Translations under genes and position numbers: made by a program
The notes under the pieces: model-generated
Databases searched by the model: none
What the model was told of the DNA's origin: nothing
Seen by the model: only the letters and a program-made list of their open reading frames with translations
Source of the DNA: Eledone cirrhosa
Taxonomy: Eukaryota
Assembly (NCBI GenBank): GCA_964016885.1
Contig: OZ024740.1
Location: 390,662,001 to 390,726,000, forward strand
Direction of reading: 5' to 3'
Length of the DNA stretch: 64,000 bases
In this document: in pieces, positions 39,240 through 53,190 of the stretch
How positions within the stretch are numbered: position 1 is the first letter of the stretch
Layout of the letters: each line of letters starts with the position of its first letter

Positions 39240-39600
39240 AAAACAGGGACAAATAATAATGTCTTCTAATTGATATATCAATCCCCACAGATGACAATAT
39301 ATCTACCAAGGAAATGAAGAATCTATCCACATATAAAGATCTTGAGAGAGAAATAACTCGAATGTGGATGATGAATACAGAAACAATACCTATAATTATA
39401 GAAGATCTGGGAATGATAAAAACACACACAGATTGGTACATAACCAAAACCCCAGGACTTATATCCCAGGAAATATATACAGCATACAGAAAATAGCACT
39501 ACTAGGTACTGGACACATATAATAAAGAGTACTCTCAATAACAACACAAAAAAACACACTGTACATACCCAAGGCGCACAGAGCTGTGTTCGTTAATGCA
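39240..39600 (+). mobile_element. R4/Dong-like RLE 3' fragment
   Basis: CLLIDISIP.D.NI..KE...YKDLEREITRMW...IPIII..LG...QKIALLGT.HI. Confidence 0.75.
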
Positions 39601-39616
39601 GCGATAATGTGCAAAA

Positions 39617-40185
39617 TAATAATTGTTTCTACTTTAGGCACAAGGCCAGCAATTATCCAGTGCATTACTGGTACTTTATTTTATCGACCCCGTAAGGATG
39701 AAAGGCAAAGTCAACCTCGGCGGGATTTGAACTCAGATCGTAAAGGGGCGTAACTATGCTGGAAAGTATGGCGTCCGCCCCTCTACCGATACTGCCAATA
39801 ATGGATATGATAATAATGATTTCTAGTGTAGGCACATGGCCAGTAATTTGGGGGAGGTGAAAGTCAATTAAATCGACCCCAGTACGTTACTGGTGTTTTA
39901 TTTTATCGACCCCGTAAGGATGAAAGGCAAAGTTAACCTCGGCAGGATTTGAACTCAGACCGTAAAGGGCCATAAATGGATATGATAATAATAATAATTG
40001 TTTCTACTTTTGGCACAAGGCCAGCAAATACCCTGTACATTACTGGTACTTTATTTTATCGACCTCGTAAGGATGACAGGCAAAGTTAACCTCGGCGGGA
40101 TTTGAACTCAGATCATAAAGGGCCGTAACTCTTTGCTGCAAAGCATGGTGTCCGACCATCTACTGATACTGCCAATCCTCCAATA
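39617..40185 (-). mobile_element. Three tandem SINE S1 copies
   Basis: Three head-to-tail reverse-complement copies of the S1 core. Confidence 0.85.
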
Positions 40186-40669
40186 ATAATAAATAGTCTT
40201 TAATGAATAAATAAATAAATAAATAAATAACATGATAATGGACATGGGCCTTTCACTTAACAAGCAACACAAGGACGACGGCCAAGAACATAACCACAGA
40301 AGCCGCTATCACATTTACCACTATTCACCCACACGAAAGTCGTCACCGATCTATTGATATTGAACGGAAAATATCTTCACTGCCAACAGTGAGAGAAAGA
40401 AGAGTATTAGATGAAACTGCTTGCAATATATATCCCGTTCCTTCGGAAAACAGCGCGGTTATGTTTGTAATATCAGCTACAGCAGCAACAGCAGATATAG
40501 CAGCAGCAGAAGAAGAAGACAGAAGCAGCAACTACAACAGGTGAAGCAGCAGCGTCAATATCATCATAAGCAGCAGCAATAGTAAAAGTAGCAGGAAGAT
40601 CTGTATTAACACCAGTGTTTGTTCTAACAGTATTGATACCATCGTCATAACCCGTATTATTACCACTTC

Positions 40670-40677
40670 CGTCATCG

Positions 40678-40714
<37 letters not shown>

Positions 40715-40772
40715 ACTCATCATCAGCATCATCATCAGCATCGTCATCATCATCATCATCATCTTCACCATG
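40670..40772. repeat. (CAT)n microsatellite upstream of the aquaporin start codon
   Basis: Read directly from the sequence. Confidence 0.9.
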
Positions 40773-41011
40773 ATAACGTATCAATCGCTTCCGTAGTTGT
40801 CAACCCATCAGCAGCAGTACCATCAAGCAACGTACCCAGAACAACATAAACAACAACTATAACAGAGTAGCAGTTACAGTAGTAGCAATAACAATAACAA
40901 CAACCAAAGCAAGTAACTCAATAGTCAGAAAAAAGAAAATAAACAACAACGGCCGCAGTAACAGTAACCGCAACATCGGCATCGGTAGCTGATTCAAGTT
41001 CAGCATCAGCT

Positions 41012-41605
41012 ATGACCGAAACACCGTTCCGAAGCAAGCTGATGTCACTTAAAGAGGACTTGAAGAGTCACAGTTTTTGGAAGGCAGTCCGTTGTGAATT
41101 CCTTACCACTTTGCTTTATACTTTCATCGGATGTGGTTCTTGGACATTATGGAGACAAGAAGAGAAACATCAGATCATGGATGAAAGACTACTTGTCGAG
41201 CATGAATTGAAAATTGCGCTCACCTTCGGACTGGCCACTGCCACGTTGGTCCAGTGTGTGGGACATATCAGTGGTGCACACTTGAACCCGGCTGTTACAA
41301 TAGCAATGTTAGTCACACGAAATGTCAATGTATTAAGGGCAATTTTCTATATAATAGCACAGTGCGCTGGTGCAATCACAGGTGCTGGTATTTTATATGG
41401 GTTAACCCCTTTTGAAGCACACGGCTTATTAGGGGTCACAACAGTTCATAACGAACTGACAAAAGGTCAAGCTTTCGGCGTAGAATTTATGATAACTTTC
41501 ATTATGGTGTTTACATTTTTTGCTAACCTTGACCCCAAACGTTCAGATATGGGTTCACGATCTCTTTCTATCGGATTATCTGTCACACTTGGACAATTGT
41601 TTGCA
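41012..41605 (+). CDS. Classical aquaporin (MIP family, AQP4-like), first coding exon (198 codons, phase-0 intron)
   Basis: FWKAVRCEFL, ALTFGL.ATLVQCVGHISGAHLNPAVT (first NPA), FYIIAQCAGA, GVEFMITF, DPKR, SIGLSV. Donor GCA|GTAAGT at 41606, just before the expected TGxSxNPAR exon. Confidence 0.95.
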
Positions 41606-41692
41606 GTAAGTCGTATTCAAATTTTCTTCTATCTTCCTCTTTCTTGTCTTTCGCTTGAATCGCCTCACTCACTCTTTCTTTCTTTCACTCTG

Positions 41693-41781
<89 letters not shown>

Positions 41782-41824
41782 CATCATGTGTACACCTCAA
41801 TCTTCTTTCATTTTTTCTCTTTTA

Positions 41825-41880
<56 letters not shown>

Positions 41881-42041
41881 AATATTATTATGATTTATAT
41901 TTGTATATAAACATTAAAAACAAAATGCTTATGTATGTATGTATATAGTATATAATATATATGTGTACATATACATAAGTATATATTCCTGATGATTTCT
42001 CCCGAATGAAACAAAGACCGTTGAGGTATGTCATACATGTA

Positions 42042-42103
42042 TTTTATCTGACGAGGACGTACTGAAAAAACAACAAAGTACCTTCGAAATATATATAATA
42101 AAA
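42042..42103 (+). ncRNA. Type I minimal hammerhead in a short (TA)n-flanked insert within aquaporin intron 1
   Basis: TTTTAT-CTGACGA-GGAcGTACT..AGTACcTTC-GAAA-TATATA-TA-ATAAAA. Stem I 6 bp; palindromic stem/loop III. Confidence 0.75.
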
Positions 42104-42277
42104 CATATATTTTGATTATGTGAATGTCTTCATTTATTAATATTCTGAATAATATTAATAACTCTAGAAAACTTCCTTGTAGAGTGCTTTTAATCTATTG
42201 TAAAACTATATTCATTGAGTAATCAATGAACCATATTAATCTTTGATTATATATATATATATATATATGTGTGTGTA

Positions 42278-42309
<32 letters not shown>

Positions 42310-42372
42310 ATATATATATATGTATATATAAATATATATATATGTATGTATGTATATATGTACATATATAAA

Positions 42373-42540
42373 CGCAGGCATAGCTGTGTTGCAAAGGAGT
42401 TAGCTTCACAATTACGTATTTCGGCGTTCTGTCCCGTTGTGTAGTACTTTGGTGGAGTGTCTTGCACCACTTTATGTTGAGCAATGCTTTTGTTTTTAGA
42501 TAAATTTGGTCGACAGAGGTCGACAGAAGCCCGCTGTATA
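42373..42540 (+). mobile_element. Degenerate tRNA-derived SINE (second family)
   Basis: GCAGGCATAGCTGTGT head and AGAAGCCCGCTGTATA end. Related pieces at about 46760-46900 and 56630-56722. Confidence 0.55.
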
Positions 42541-42823
42541 ACACATATATATCTGTCTGTGTGAGTGCCGCGTAAATTAACATTAACACAAAATCGCCAA
42601 CGATCAAATAAATATCAGATTAAAAAAAAAGGAAAATACTGGAGCCACTTTGATTGACTAATAGTAGGCGTTGCCCCAGTATGGCCGCAGTTAAATGACT
42701 GAAACAGTAGAAAAATAGATATATATATTAGTGTGTGTGTGTATGTATATTTGTCTACATGGCCACAGTCCACGAGCAGAAAAAGGGTGTGCGCACACAC
42801 ACAGAAACACACACACACACAAG

Positions 42824-42894
<71 letters not shown>

Positions 42895-42959
42895 GCTCAC
42901 ACACACTATATATATATACACACACGCTCACACACACTATATATATATATATACACACG

Positions 42960-43002
<43 letters not shown>

Positions 43003-43006
43003 ACAC

Positions 43007-43064
<58 letters not shown>

Positions 43065-43289
43065 ACAGGGGGAATGTTTATTATACACGCGCGCACACAC
43101 ACACATGAACACACGCACACACACACATATATATATATGTGTGTATGTATGTGTGCGTGCTTATAATAAACATTCCCCCTGTTTTCACACACGCACACAC
43201 ACACACACATACACACATATAATATATGTGTGTGTGTGTGTGTGTTTGAGAGAGTGTGTGTGTGTGAGTGTGTGTGCGTGTGTGTGTGT

Positions 43290-43321
<32 letters not shown>

Positions 43322-43721
43322 AAATGCATATATGTATGTGAGTGTGTGTGCGTGTGTGTGTGTGTGTGTGAGTGTGTGTGTGTGTGTGTGTGTGTAAATG
43401 CATATATGTATGTGCGTGTGTGTGCGTGTGTGTGTTGATGTGGGGGACGTGGGCATCGAAGGAAGGAAAGACAAACAATTTTTACATTGTAAACATTTAT
43501 CACATCAATAAATAAATAGAATTGCTTCGAATCATTGCGATGTCAATGAGTGATGTTCAACAATGTCCAGAATTATAAATTGTTCATAGGGTGTGTGCAG
43601 TATAACCTAGATTTTTTTCTATCTGAAATTGCTTTTCAAAAGTGACGCGCCAAAGTGCCATTCGATCTTTTTGAGCTTTCTCGCCCCATATACTCCAAAG
43701 TGAAGAATTATATATATATAT

Positions 43722-43921
43722 TTATATATTTAATATAGAAAAGGCTTCTGCAGTACTGGAACTGTTTCATTCGGGAGAAATTCATGAGGAACCCTGATGA
43801 TTTCTCCCGAATGAAACAGTTCTAGTTATGTAGAAGCTTTTTCTATATTAAATATTTATATTCTGCTTTCTATTGAGTACCTTACTTACTGTGGTTACCC
43901 CGATTGAACTCGGGATAAACT

Positions 43922-43925
<4 letters not shown>
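43722..43925 (+). mobile_element. Short fold-back PLE-like insert: about 60-bp inverted arms around a hammerhead core, plus unique 3' tail
   Basis: 43722-43785 is the reverse complement of 43796-43860. CTGATGA...GAAA at 43794-43816; TTGAGTAC in the tail; (TA)n on both sides. Confidence 0.65.
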
Positions 43926-43970
<45 letters not shown>

Positions 43971-43975
<5 letters not shown>

Positions 43976-44065
43976 GTCTCAAAAAATGGATGCATACTTC
44001 ATCAACATTCTAATAAATATTGCCTGTACAGGTAATCAAAGTGTGTATATATTTTGGGGGAGACC

Positions 44066-44068
<3 letters not shown>
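43971..44068. mobile_element. About 100-bp Tc1/mariner-type MITE in (TA)n
   Basis: Imperfect TIRs AGGGTGTCTCAAAA / TTTTGGGGGAGACCCTG with TA on both sides. Confidence 0.5.
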
Positions 44069-44154
<86 letters not shown>

Positions 44155-44245
44155 TTATTACTTGCTCTATGGTTTTTATATATTTTATATATATATTATC
44201 CTTATCGAGCCCTCTTCGGATTTTACTCATCACATTTACTATTAT

Positions 44246-44313
<68 letters not shown>

Positions 44314-44469
44314 GGACCAAGTATATGTGTTAGTTATGAAACAGCCGACACTACGACAGTAGCATTCACAGGATAGCGCACTCGAAGAAGTATACAAGTA
44401 GGTCTGTATAAGTATAATGGTGAAGTAGAAGTCATCAGGTTAGAATTTACCTCATTTATTCGTTACACG

Positions 44470-45028
44470 GTGGATTGGCAGTATCCGTAGAGGGTTGGAC
44501 GCCATGCTTTGAAGCATAGAGTTACCTCCTTTTATGATCTGAGTTCAAATCCCACCGAGGTTAACTTTGCCTTTCATCCTTACAGGGTCGATAAAATAAA
44601 GTACCAGTGATACACTGGGATAATTGCAGGCCTTGTGCAAAAAGTAGAAACAATTATTATTGTTTTTATTGGTGGATTGGCAGTATCGGTAGAGAGTCGG
44701 ACGCCATGTTTTCCAGCATAGTTACGTCCCTTTACAGACTGAGTTCAAATCCCGTCGAAGTTAACTTTGCCCTTCATCCTTACGGGGTCGATAAAATAAA
44801 GCACCAGTAATGTACTGGGTAATTGCTGGCCTTGTGCCAAATGTAGAAACAATTATTATTGGCAGAATCGGTAGAGCGTCGGACACCATGAGTTCAAATC
44901 CCGCGGAGGTTAGCTTTGTCTTCCATCCTTACGGGGTCGATAGAATAAAGTACCAGTAAGCACTGGGGTCGATTTAATCGTCTTTCACCTCCCCTTCAAA
45001 TTGTTGACATTGTGCCTAAAGTAGAAAC

Positions 45029-45033
<5 letters not shown>
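44470..45033 (+). mobile_element. Three tandem SINE S1 copies (a further partial copy at 45332-45420)
   Basis: Repeated B box, core and AGTAGAAACAATTATT tail. Confidence 0.85.
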
Positions 45034-45096
<63 letters not shown>

Positions 45097-46110
45097 TGAT
45101 CAACTCAAGATTCTATAACGCATGCACGGACCCTTCGCCCCTGATATATATATATATATATACATATATTCCGACCATGTGTGCCAACAGAAATATCACC
45201 AGAAAAAAGATACTCTTTTCTATTCATTTACAATGCGTATCACCAAATTTTGTGTGCTAATAATTACAAAAAAATATTTATTTATCAACAAGTATTAGGG
45301 TGTTTATCATAATATTATTAGGTTCATATCCCCTTTCATCCTTACGGGGTCGATAAAATAAAGTACCAGTAATGTACTGGGTAATTGCTGGCCATGTGCC
45401 TAAAGTAGAAACAATTATTAGGTTCATATCCCTGTTGTTTTTTGCGTATTTCAGTGAAATATTTTGAATGTTTGTTTAATCTAATAAATGTGTAAATGGT
45501 TAAGTAATTAAAGATATCAATAAAAGAAGAAAAAAACGGTTACTATTAATTAAGATAGTTAGTTCCGATTGAGATCGCATTTAACATTTCTACATTGAGA
45601 TAGTTAGCGAGCGGCAGAGAGAACTTTCAGATTTTAGTGTATAAATAAGTACTACCTAATATATTGAGCATTTCTCACATTCGGTTGTAAATTCAAATGC
45701 AAATTCACACAATGTGTCTGTGTGTACTATGAATGAAACAGTGTGCATATCGCTCTGCGTCTTGTTTGTTTTTAGTTGTAGCATTTTAATGTGAGGGAAA
45801 CGGTGTAGCCATGTATTTGTGGTGCGTCACTATCTAGCATATGTCTTTTATATAAGTGTGTGTTTTATGTGTGTTTGTGTAGGGAAATATGTGCATGTTT
45901 GTGTATGCCTAGGTGCGTGTGTCTTTGTGTGTAATGTATTCCTATGTTGTGTGTTTATGTGTGTGTGTGCGCATATGTGTGCAGCCTCCCGCTGTACAAG
46001 GGCAAACATGTATAAGGGTGTGAGGGAAAGATGGTTATATAAGGGGTTAGGTAAGAAATGTAGTTAAATCCCCGAGATAGGAATATATTTATATTCATTC
46101 ATCTCGCCCC

Positions 46111-46221
<111 letters not shown>

Positions 46222-47249
46222 TATGTATATATATATATATATATGTATATATATAATATATATATAAATAATGGAAATAATTTCCATCTGAACTTCCGGT
46301 TATGCATGAGCAATAATAAAAGAACAAGCATATTTCCTTTTCGTATGTATGTCTCTTCAATCAAATATAAACATAGCGTTTTTAAAATGTGTGTTTACCT
46401 GTATCACGAACATACGAAATATATTGCGTACGTATGTGTATTTATGCAACAATTTCTTTAAAATTAGTGTATATCTTCGTGTTACTATCTGTGTTTGTCT
46501 ACCGATAGCCATATCAAACTATATATATGTATATATAAACGTTTTCGAGTAGTAATTTTAATTATGAAACTATGCCTTCCTCACATACTCAGACAAAAAT
46601 ACCTAAATGCATCCATTCCCGCGGATATATAAATTGTTATCTGTTTACAAAAAATAAATATCCATTATCAAAAAAAAAAGGCATTTTATTAGCATGCATG
46701 CATGTGCTAGTGTCTGTGCGTGAGTGCATAAATGTGTGCATGGACGCAGTAAGGCCGAATCATTAAGATGTTTGTGTAGAAACCATTAGTTGCCAGGTTC
46801 GATCCACAGATGGCAACCTATGATGGTGTCCGCATATCTTCATACCGAGATTAGCTTTGTGAAATTGGGTAGACTAAAACTGTATGGAAGTCCGTTGGAT
46901 AGACTTTACATGTAATTCAAAGGATCTGTGTAGTCACACTTTCAAGCTGAATCCCCATGGCAATTATGTTAAAGGTGGAATTCTTAGCTACTTACACGTT
47001 AATTTCTCGAGTAGCCTCTTCCATTGATTGATCAACTGGAATACTCGGCACCAAACCTGTCAGTGCATGTTGTAGATCCCCCCCCCCCCCCCCGTGTTAA
47101 GTAGTAACATGTCGCCTGCTAAAATTCCAGCCGACTGATCCCACACTCACCAGTCTTAAAATCACTTCCAACCCGGCTGCGCATTTCAATCCTGTTCATG
47201 AAGATTGCGTATAATCCAGTCCAATACCCATATTAAATTATTTTGAGTT

Positions 47250-50200
47250 AGTACCGATAAAGCCGATAAATTACAAAACAGTTGCAGCACTGCTTGCCTT
47301 TTGTACACGAAGATGTATGTCTGCATTTAAACTCCCGTTCCTTGACAAAGTGCTACCCAGATATACTCAGATGTACAAAAATAGATGTCACTGATAAAGT
47401 AATACCATTCACATATATATTTGGCACAACATACGTTTCCCATAGTGCTAGGGCGTACATCAGCTTCGTTTTAGTTAAGCTTATAGCGAACCCAAATAAG
47501 ACACATGCTTCAGAAAATGTATTTATAATGTAGTATAAGTCTGCTTCTGAGTGTGTAAAAATGTCCATGTCATTAACATAAATAGCTCTGGAATAAAAAC
47601 ATTGAATGTCAGATTTATTACTAAATTTTCTTAGAGCGCTGGATTGGCAGTGTGTGTAGAGCATTGGATATTTTGCTGGATATAAATACATCTCCTTACG
47701 TTGTGAGTTCAAATTACGCCGAGATTAGCTATGCCCTTCATCCTTACAGGGTCGATAAAATAAAATTTCAGTAATGATTCAATCGAGTTCCCCCCCCCCC
47801 TTTAAATTGCTGGCCTTGAGCTAAAAGTTAAAACAATGATTAAATCTCCTTAAATTGAAAAGCAGATTTATGCCCCGAAAACAGTCGTGAAATACTAAAA
47901 GTAAGAGGTACGGTGAAGTATATTGCAAAGAGTGCTGGAACATGAATCTCTCCTGGTTTAACGCTGTTGCCCACGAAAATTTGTTCTGGAGGTTTTCCAA
48001 TAAATGCGCCGCAGCCTTCATTTCATGACTTAGTTCTTGGAAGATGTGCAAAAATGTTTGTGGAAATCCTAATTTACCAAGAATGATCTTGTTGACTGTA
48101 TCATAAGCCTTAGTCAAGTCGGTAAAAACTTGGTACAAAGGCATTTGCTCTTCTATACATTTTCTTGAAGCTGCTTAGCCGAGAAGATCATATCAAGTCG
48201 TCCTTCCGGTTCTAAAACTAGATTGAGTTACAGGAAGAATTAGTTGACAGGTATTTTCTGAAAGACGATTCAGTATCAGCCTAGTCATTACTTTTCAGTA
48301 GAGTAATCCCATGGGTGTTGTTGCAACTGGATTTTTGTCTTTTACCATTGTAAATGGTGATAACAATTTCATCAACCTTACCTTGCGTTATTAGTGCCCC
48401 TTCCAATCATTCCATGAGAAGTGGATAGCGAATGATATGTTGTCTCCTTCAGCCTTCAATAACTCAAGTGGAATCCCATCTAACCCTAGTGGCTTGCCAG
48501 GGTTTGCTTGTAAGGTGGCCTTTCTGATTACTTCTATAGTCTGTGGATTGTCGATTGAGATTAATATATCACGCTTAGGTAAGCCATCTTGACATCAAAA
48601 TCGAAAATAGAAGGATAGTAGGAAAGGCCCGAGAAATGTTTCTATTTGTTATAATGTTATCTAGAGCTTTATAGAGAACTTCCCCATCCTTTGATTGCAC
48701 AAGAACAAGAAAAGACGAGTGAGGGCTAAATGGTTGTGGTAATAGAGCATAAATTGTTTTACTGTTTTTAATATAAAAATCAGCTTGAACCTCTTAGAGT
48801 TGGTTTAACCACCATTGATTTGTTCCTTATTTCACTTTCTATTTTTTACATAAATGTTCAACATGTATTCGGTTCTTTTAGAATTGGGTCCAAATATAAA
48901 TTAAAACGTGATCGCTTCATTTCCAAAATTTGATCTGTGCTGGTACACTTCATAACAAACCAATCCCTGAAATTCTTTTCTTCTGTATCCTAGGACCTCT
49001 ACGCCTAAATTAAACACCTACTCCTTAATGTTTCCCCACGTACTATTAAAAATAATTTCATTACATTTATTTGAAAAAAAAAAAACTCGTAAATATGTGG
49101 TTGCGCAAGTTTGTCAACATCAAGACATTTTAGGATTTTCACTCCTGTTATACGGATCTTTTTCCTAATTCCAAATTTAAATCTTGCTTGAACAAGCTTT
49201 GAAGCTGCATAAATCTAACATATCATGTTTACGGGTCAATATGAAGTCAATAATGTGGCCTTATTTCAATGGAGCATATATCAATGTGACCTTATTTTTC
49301 AGTTTATGGTAGAAAAGGTGAGCAGGGTTGTAACAGACACATACCATTAATATTTACTTTTCCAACTCTATATCATCCAAGTGAACCCCCCATGTATCAT
49401 GTTTCTTTCCTAAGTGAGCATTAAAGTCACATACGGCAATTAGTTTTTCATTATTTGGAATGCCTAGAATTGTATTGCAAAAAGATTCATACTTTTAACA
49501 AAATAGAGTTCGAACTAGATGTAAGCATTGGTGCATATACAGAAAAGTTAGACAAATAACTATCACATGAAAGAGGAATTTAGGTTTCATAATACGATCG
49601 ATAATACCACATGAACTTTCAAACTTCTCACGGATATTAGATTTAATGATGTATCTTACCTGAAATATTCGGAAGATACTTACTCTTGGTTTGTTGTGTT
49701 CCTACCATGACGTATTTGTTATCATACGCAGTAAACGTGGATGGCAACCATACAGTTGTTTCTACAGTGCTTCCGTGTTTGTTTTCGATCCATATATAAC
49801 AAGATCTTCCACTTTTGCGGTGAATAGTCTTATTTTAGTTTTCCTTGATAACTCTGAGGTCCATATTTTTTTGTTCATCTTGTTGCAAGCACTTCATTCT
49901 AATGCTTCCCTATACCCGTGTTCTTTTCTTAGCTTCTGCTCATCCTCCCAGGCATTTAGAATTGTTTATCACCTTCAAAACACTTCCACGCACAATGCTT
50001 TGATAACTAATGGTGGATAACGCTGTCCCCTGCATATATCATGACGAGAAAATCACGAGTAGCCTGGTGCTCTAAAAGCCAACAAAATGAAAAGAAGATT
50101 AAAGGACACTCGAGTGGCCAACTCACAAGATCTGAGGACACATATGATGTGGACTAGGGAAAGTGTCAGAGTTCTGTGGGGTGTCATTGAGGATGGCCAA

Positions 50201-50450
50201 ATGCAAGAAAATTAAATAATTTTCATGGAACATCCAACGCTACCTTCCTTTGTTTGACCTTTAAAATGTCTGATCCAAAGCAGTCTATAAGTAGAAGAAC
50301 CTCAACCAGTTTATCTTCATCCGATAAACCAGTTTCTGAAAGTGCCGCTATATAAATGCTCATATGCCTTAATTCCCTAGTTCCCTAGTTACCTGTGCAG
50401 TTCTCCATTCCGTTCTATCAGCCTGGTGTAAATGTGTCCCGACATTCCAA
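47250..50450 (-). mobile_element. Highly degenerate RTE-like LINE (APE plus RT), interrupted by a SINE S1 at about 47638-47835
   Basis: DMIFSAKQLQE..IE..PLYQVFTDLTKAYDTVN..LGKLGFP at 48050-48200. APE remnants such as IDFIL and DFNAHLG at 49230-49440. Confidence 0.65.
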
Positions 50451-50896
50451 CAGCAAATGCTGAGTGGAATCCGTTTGGGGCTTATTAAATTCTGTATTTT
50501 CTTTGCATGTTCCTCCATATTCAGAATCAGCATTAGTCGCAGTAAACTAACCAGTTTTTGTGGAGAGGCAATGTTTTAGTACACCTTATCTAGTATTCAC
50601 CCATATAATTGGGTGAGAAGTCCTCTGCTATGTAGGGATGTTCATACTCCATAGTCACCAGTAAAATCACTCTCTGTCCATGAAGACATGTCATCGATAG
50701 TAGGATATGACTAGCTGTCGTATGTGCAGATCTATGATTGTGTGCTCCCAACTGGTTAAGTCTGCACATATCACTACGCATCCATCACCATAGGACGTTG
50801 CAGGAGTACAAAAATGTGATAGATAGAGACATCTGTACGTCTTTGGATTTGGGTGATAAACACTTGTACAAAATCTTTGTTACTCTCTCGGTCTAC

Positions 50897-51040
50897 ATAG
50901 TAGGCACGTGGCTGAGTGGTTAGCGAATTGGATTCGTAATTGTGAGGTTATGAGTTCGATTCCAAGACCGGATGATGCGTTATGTCCTTGAGCAAGACAC
51001 TTTATTTCACGTTTACCTTCTACCTGGAGTTGCGACCGAT
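50897..51040 (+). mobile_element. tRNA-derived SINE with CORE-like TGTCCTTGAGCAAGACACTT
   Basis: A box TGGCTGAGTGG and B box GAGTTCGATTCC. Confidence 0.7.
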
Positions 51041-51738
51041 AGATAGTATTAGCAATTGGAAAGACCAACGGAAACCTTGTTTTCTCGGTCCGATTTGACG
51101 AAAGTCGATTGACTGTCGATATATATATATTGGCATCCGACGGGTGATAACTATACTTCAGGCTCAGAAGGATATCTTTAACTTTGGTCGGCAATTCCAC
51201 ATTTTCTTTTACATATTTTTGTGTCTTCTTTTTTGTGAGGGTAAAGGATACTGAGTCAAAATGGTGAAGTTCAATAGTCAATTTTGGATCATCGGTGAGA
51301 GACAAAATCGAACTATGAGAACTGCTAAGACAAATCAGAGACTGTCGAAAACTCACATGGAGTTACGAAAAAACCACTGCGTCTTAGCATTGTCCCGGTG
51401 ATGTGAATATGTATATTGACAGCTAGAAATAGCAGCTAAAACCTTTCAACATTATACAGTTCTACTTAAATTATATTAAGGAGCATACTTATATTACTTA
51501 CAAAAATAAAGAAGTCATGTCTTGAACTTCACTATTTAATGGTGAAACATATTTCTAAAGCAATAATGGAATATGTATGAGAGATTATGAAGGATTAATG
51601 CCAGGTGTCTATATGTGAAGTTTTTGTTAAATTTAAATACGTTGCCTTTTGTAATTATATGTTCTTGCATTCTTTGTAAATTATCTCCTGTTAATGTTTG
51701 ATATATTTATATTTATGTCTATCGTTTTTCAAAATTTG

Positions 51739-51811
<73 letters not shown>

Positions 51812-52344
51812 CATACAACGAAACAAATAGAGTTTCACTGCCACGAGAAGTAAAAAGGCTGCGTCCAACCAGCCCTACAACACAATCCTGGCAGTTACAA
51901 CACCATAACCCTCTTTAGAGGTGTTCAAGTGATGAATAATAAACAAGGGAGTAGACTCTTATAACCTAGTCGAATCATAGTCTTTTGGAACAATTTAAGT
52001 CCATGCAGTGCGAAAAGATCTTGTAGTAATTCAATTTGCTGATCGCAAAGGACATGTTTCTAGTATATTAGATTTACGCAGCAAAACATATTCAATTAGC
52101 AAGTGAACTACTCTTTGAATATGCGGAATAAATTGAGCTTTTTATGTATGCTAACAATTTTTTGGAAGCTGTTTGAATATGGCGCATGGGAAAAACTTCA
52201 ATCAACCGAGAATGTCCTCGCAATTTCACGACCCTTGCTTTCATTTATAGACAACGTCTAACCTCACTGTATTATCTTTAATTGTACCAAAAGACTTGGA
52301 TCAGCTTAAGCTAGGTTAGTTCTCTTCTTTCTTTATTTCTCAGG

Positions 52345-52800
52345 TCGGGTATGAAGGATAATTTCCAAAGATCTTTGACATAGCAGTGTTACAGAGATGT
52401 ACTACCTGATCGAGACGAGCGCTACAGGCACAGAAATACCAACAGCTGAACCTGTCCGAAACGCATGCTGAGTGATGAAACCGTGTGGCATGCTATTACT
52501 CAATGCCCATGTATTTCAAAGTGTGTGGGCTAGTTTCGAACAACTTCTAGCACGCGTAAGGCAGATACGGCTATCAGCGGAGTCAATAGTGAAAATTGAA
52601 CCGCCACCTTCTTTTAGAAGCGATGTACGGCAAGTCCTTCTCTGTCTTGTAGCTATGGCGAAGGAAGCAGTATTGCGAACTCGTCTAAATGGATTGAGGA
52701 CAAGAATTTTCCTCGGTGACTAAGCCCTCATAATGTTCTTCAAGTTCCACTTGAGAAGTCTAGGGTCAAGAAGAAGATACTGCCTTCTAATGTGTCTATG
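52345..52800 (+). mobile_element. Degenerate Tx1/L1-like 3' fragment
   Basis: EQLLARV.QIRLSAESIVKI.PP...LCLVAMAKE, homologous to 8626-9141. Confidence 0.75.
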
Positions 52801-53123
52801 ATGTCTCGTTTACTTTACTCGATGTAAACCTAACTTTTTCTTGTTTTGTCTTTGTATTGTCCCCAATGTCTGAGGCCGCCAAGTATTCTGTGGTCCCAGT
52901 TCAGACAGACAAATTTATATTATACGCTTTGTATCAGAGAATATGAATTCATTGAATTGTTAGAAATGAAATTATTTTGTTTTGTTTTTATAACAAAAGT
53001 AAGTATAAAACTCAATTTATTCGCCAATATCCTACTTAGTTGAATTATATAAAACGAAGCCAAAAGATTTTATGTAACTTTACTTTCTTTTTAATTTAAC
53101 TATTCAATAATTTCAATACCCCA

Positions 53124-53188
<65 letters not shown>

Positions 53189-53190
<2 letters not shown>

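Noticed and set aside
40473-40784. Poly-Asp and poly-Met ORFs
   Set aside because: Antisense readings of the (CAT)n repeat upstream of the aquaporin ATG.
41606-41695. C-terminal 29 codons of the 227-aa aquaporin ORF
   Set aside because: Read-through past the GTAAGT donor; homology stops at LFA.
52318-52345. Pyrimidine tract plus CAG as acceptor for aquaporin exon 2
   Set aside because: The following sequence is a Tx1 remnant with no second NPA motif; exon 2 was not found in the window.
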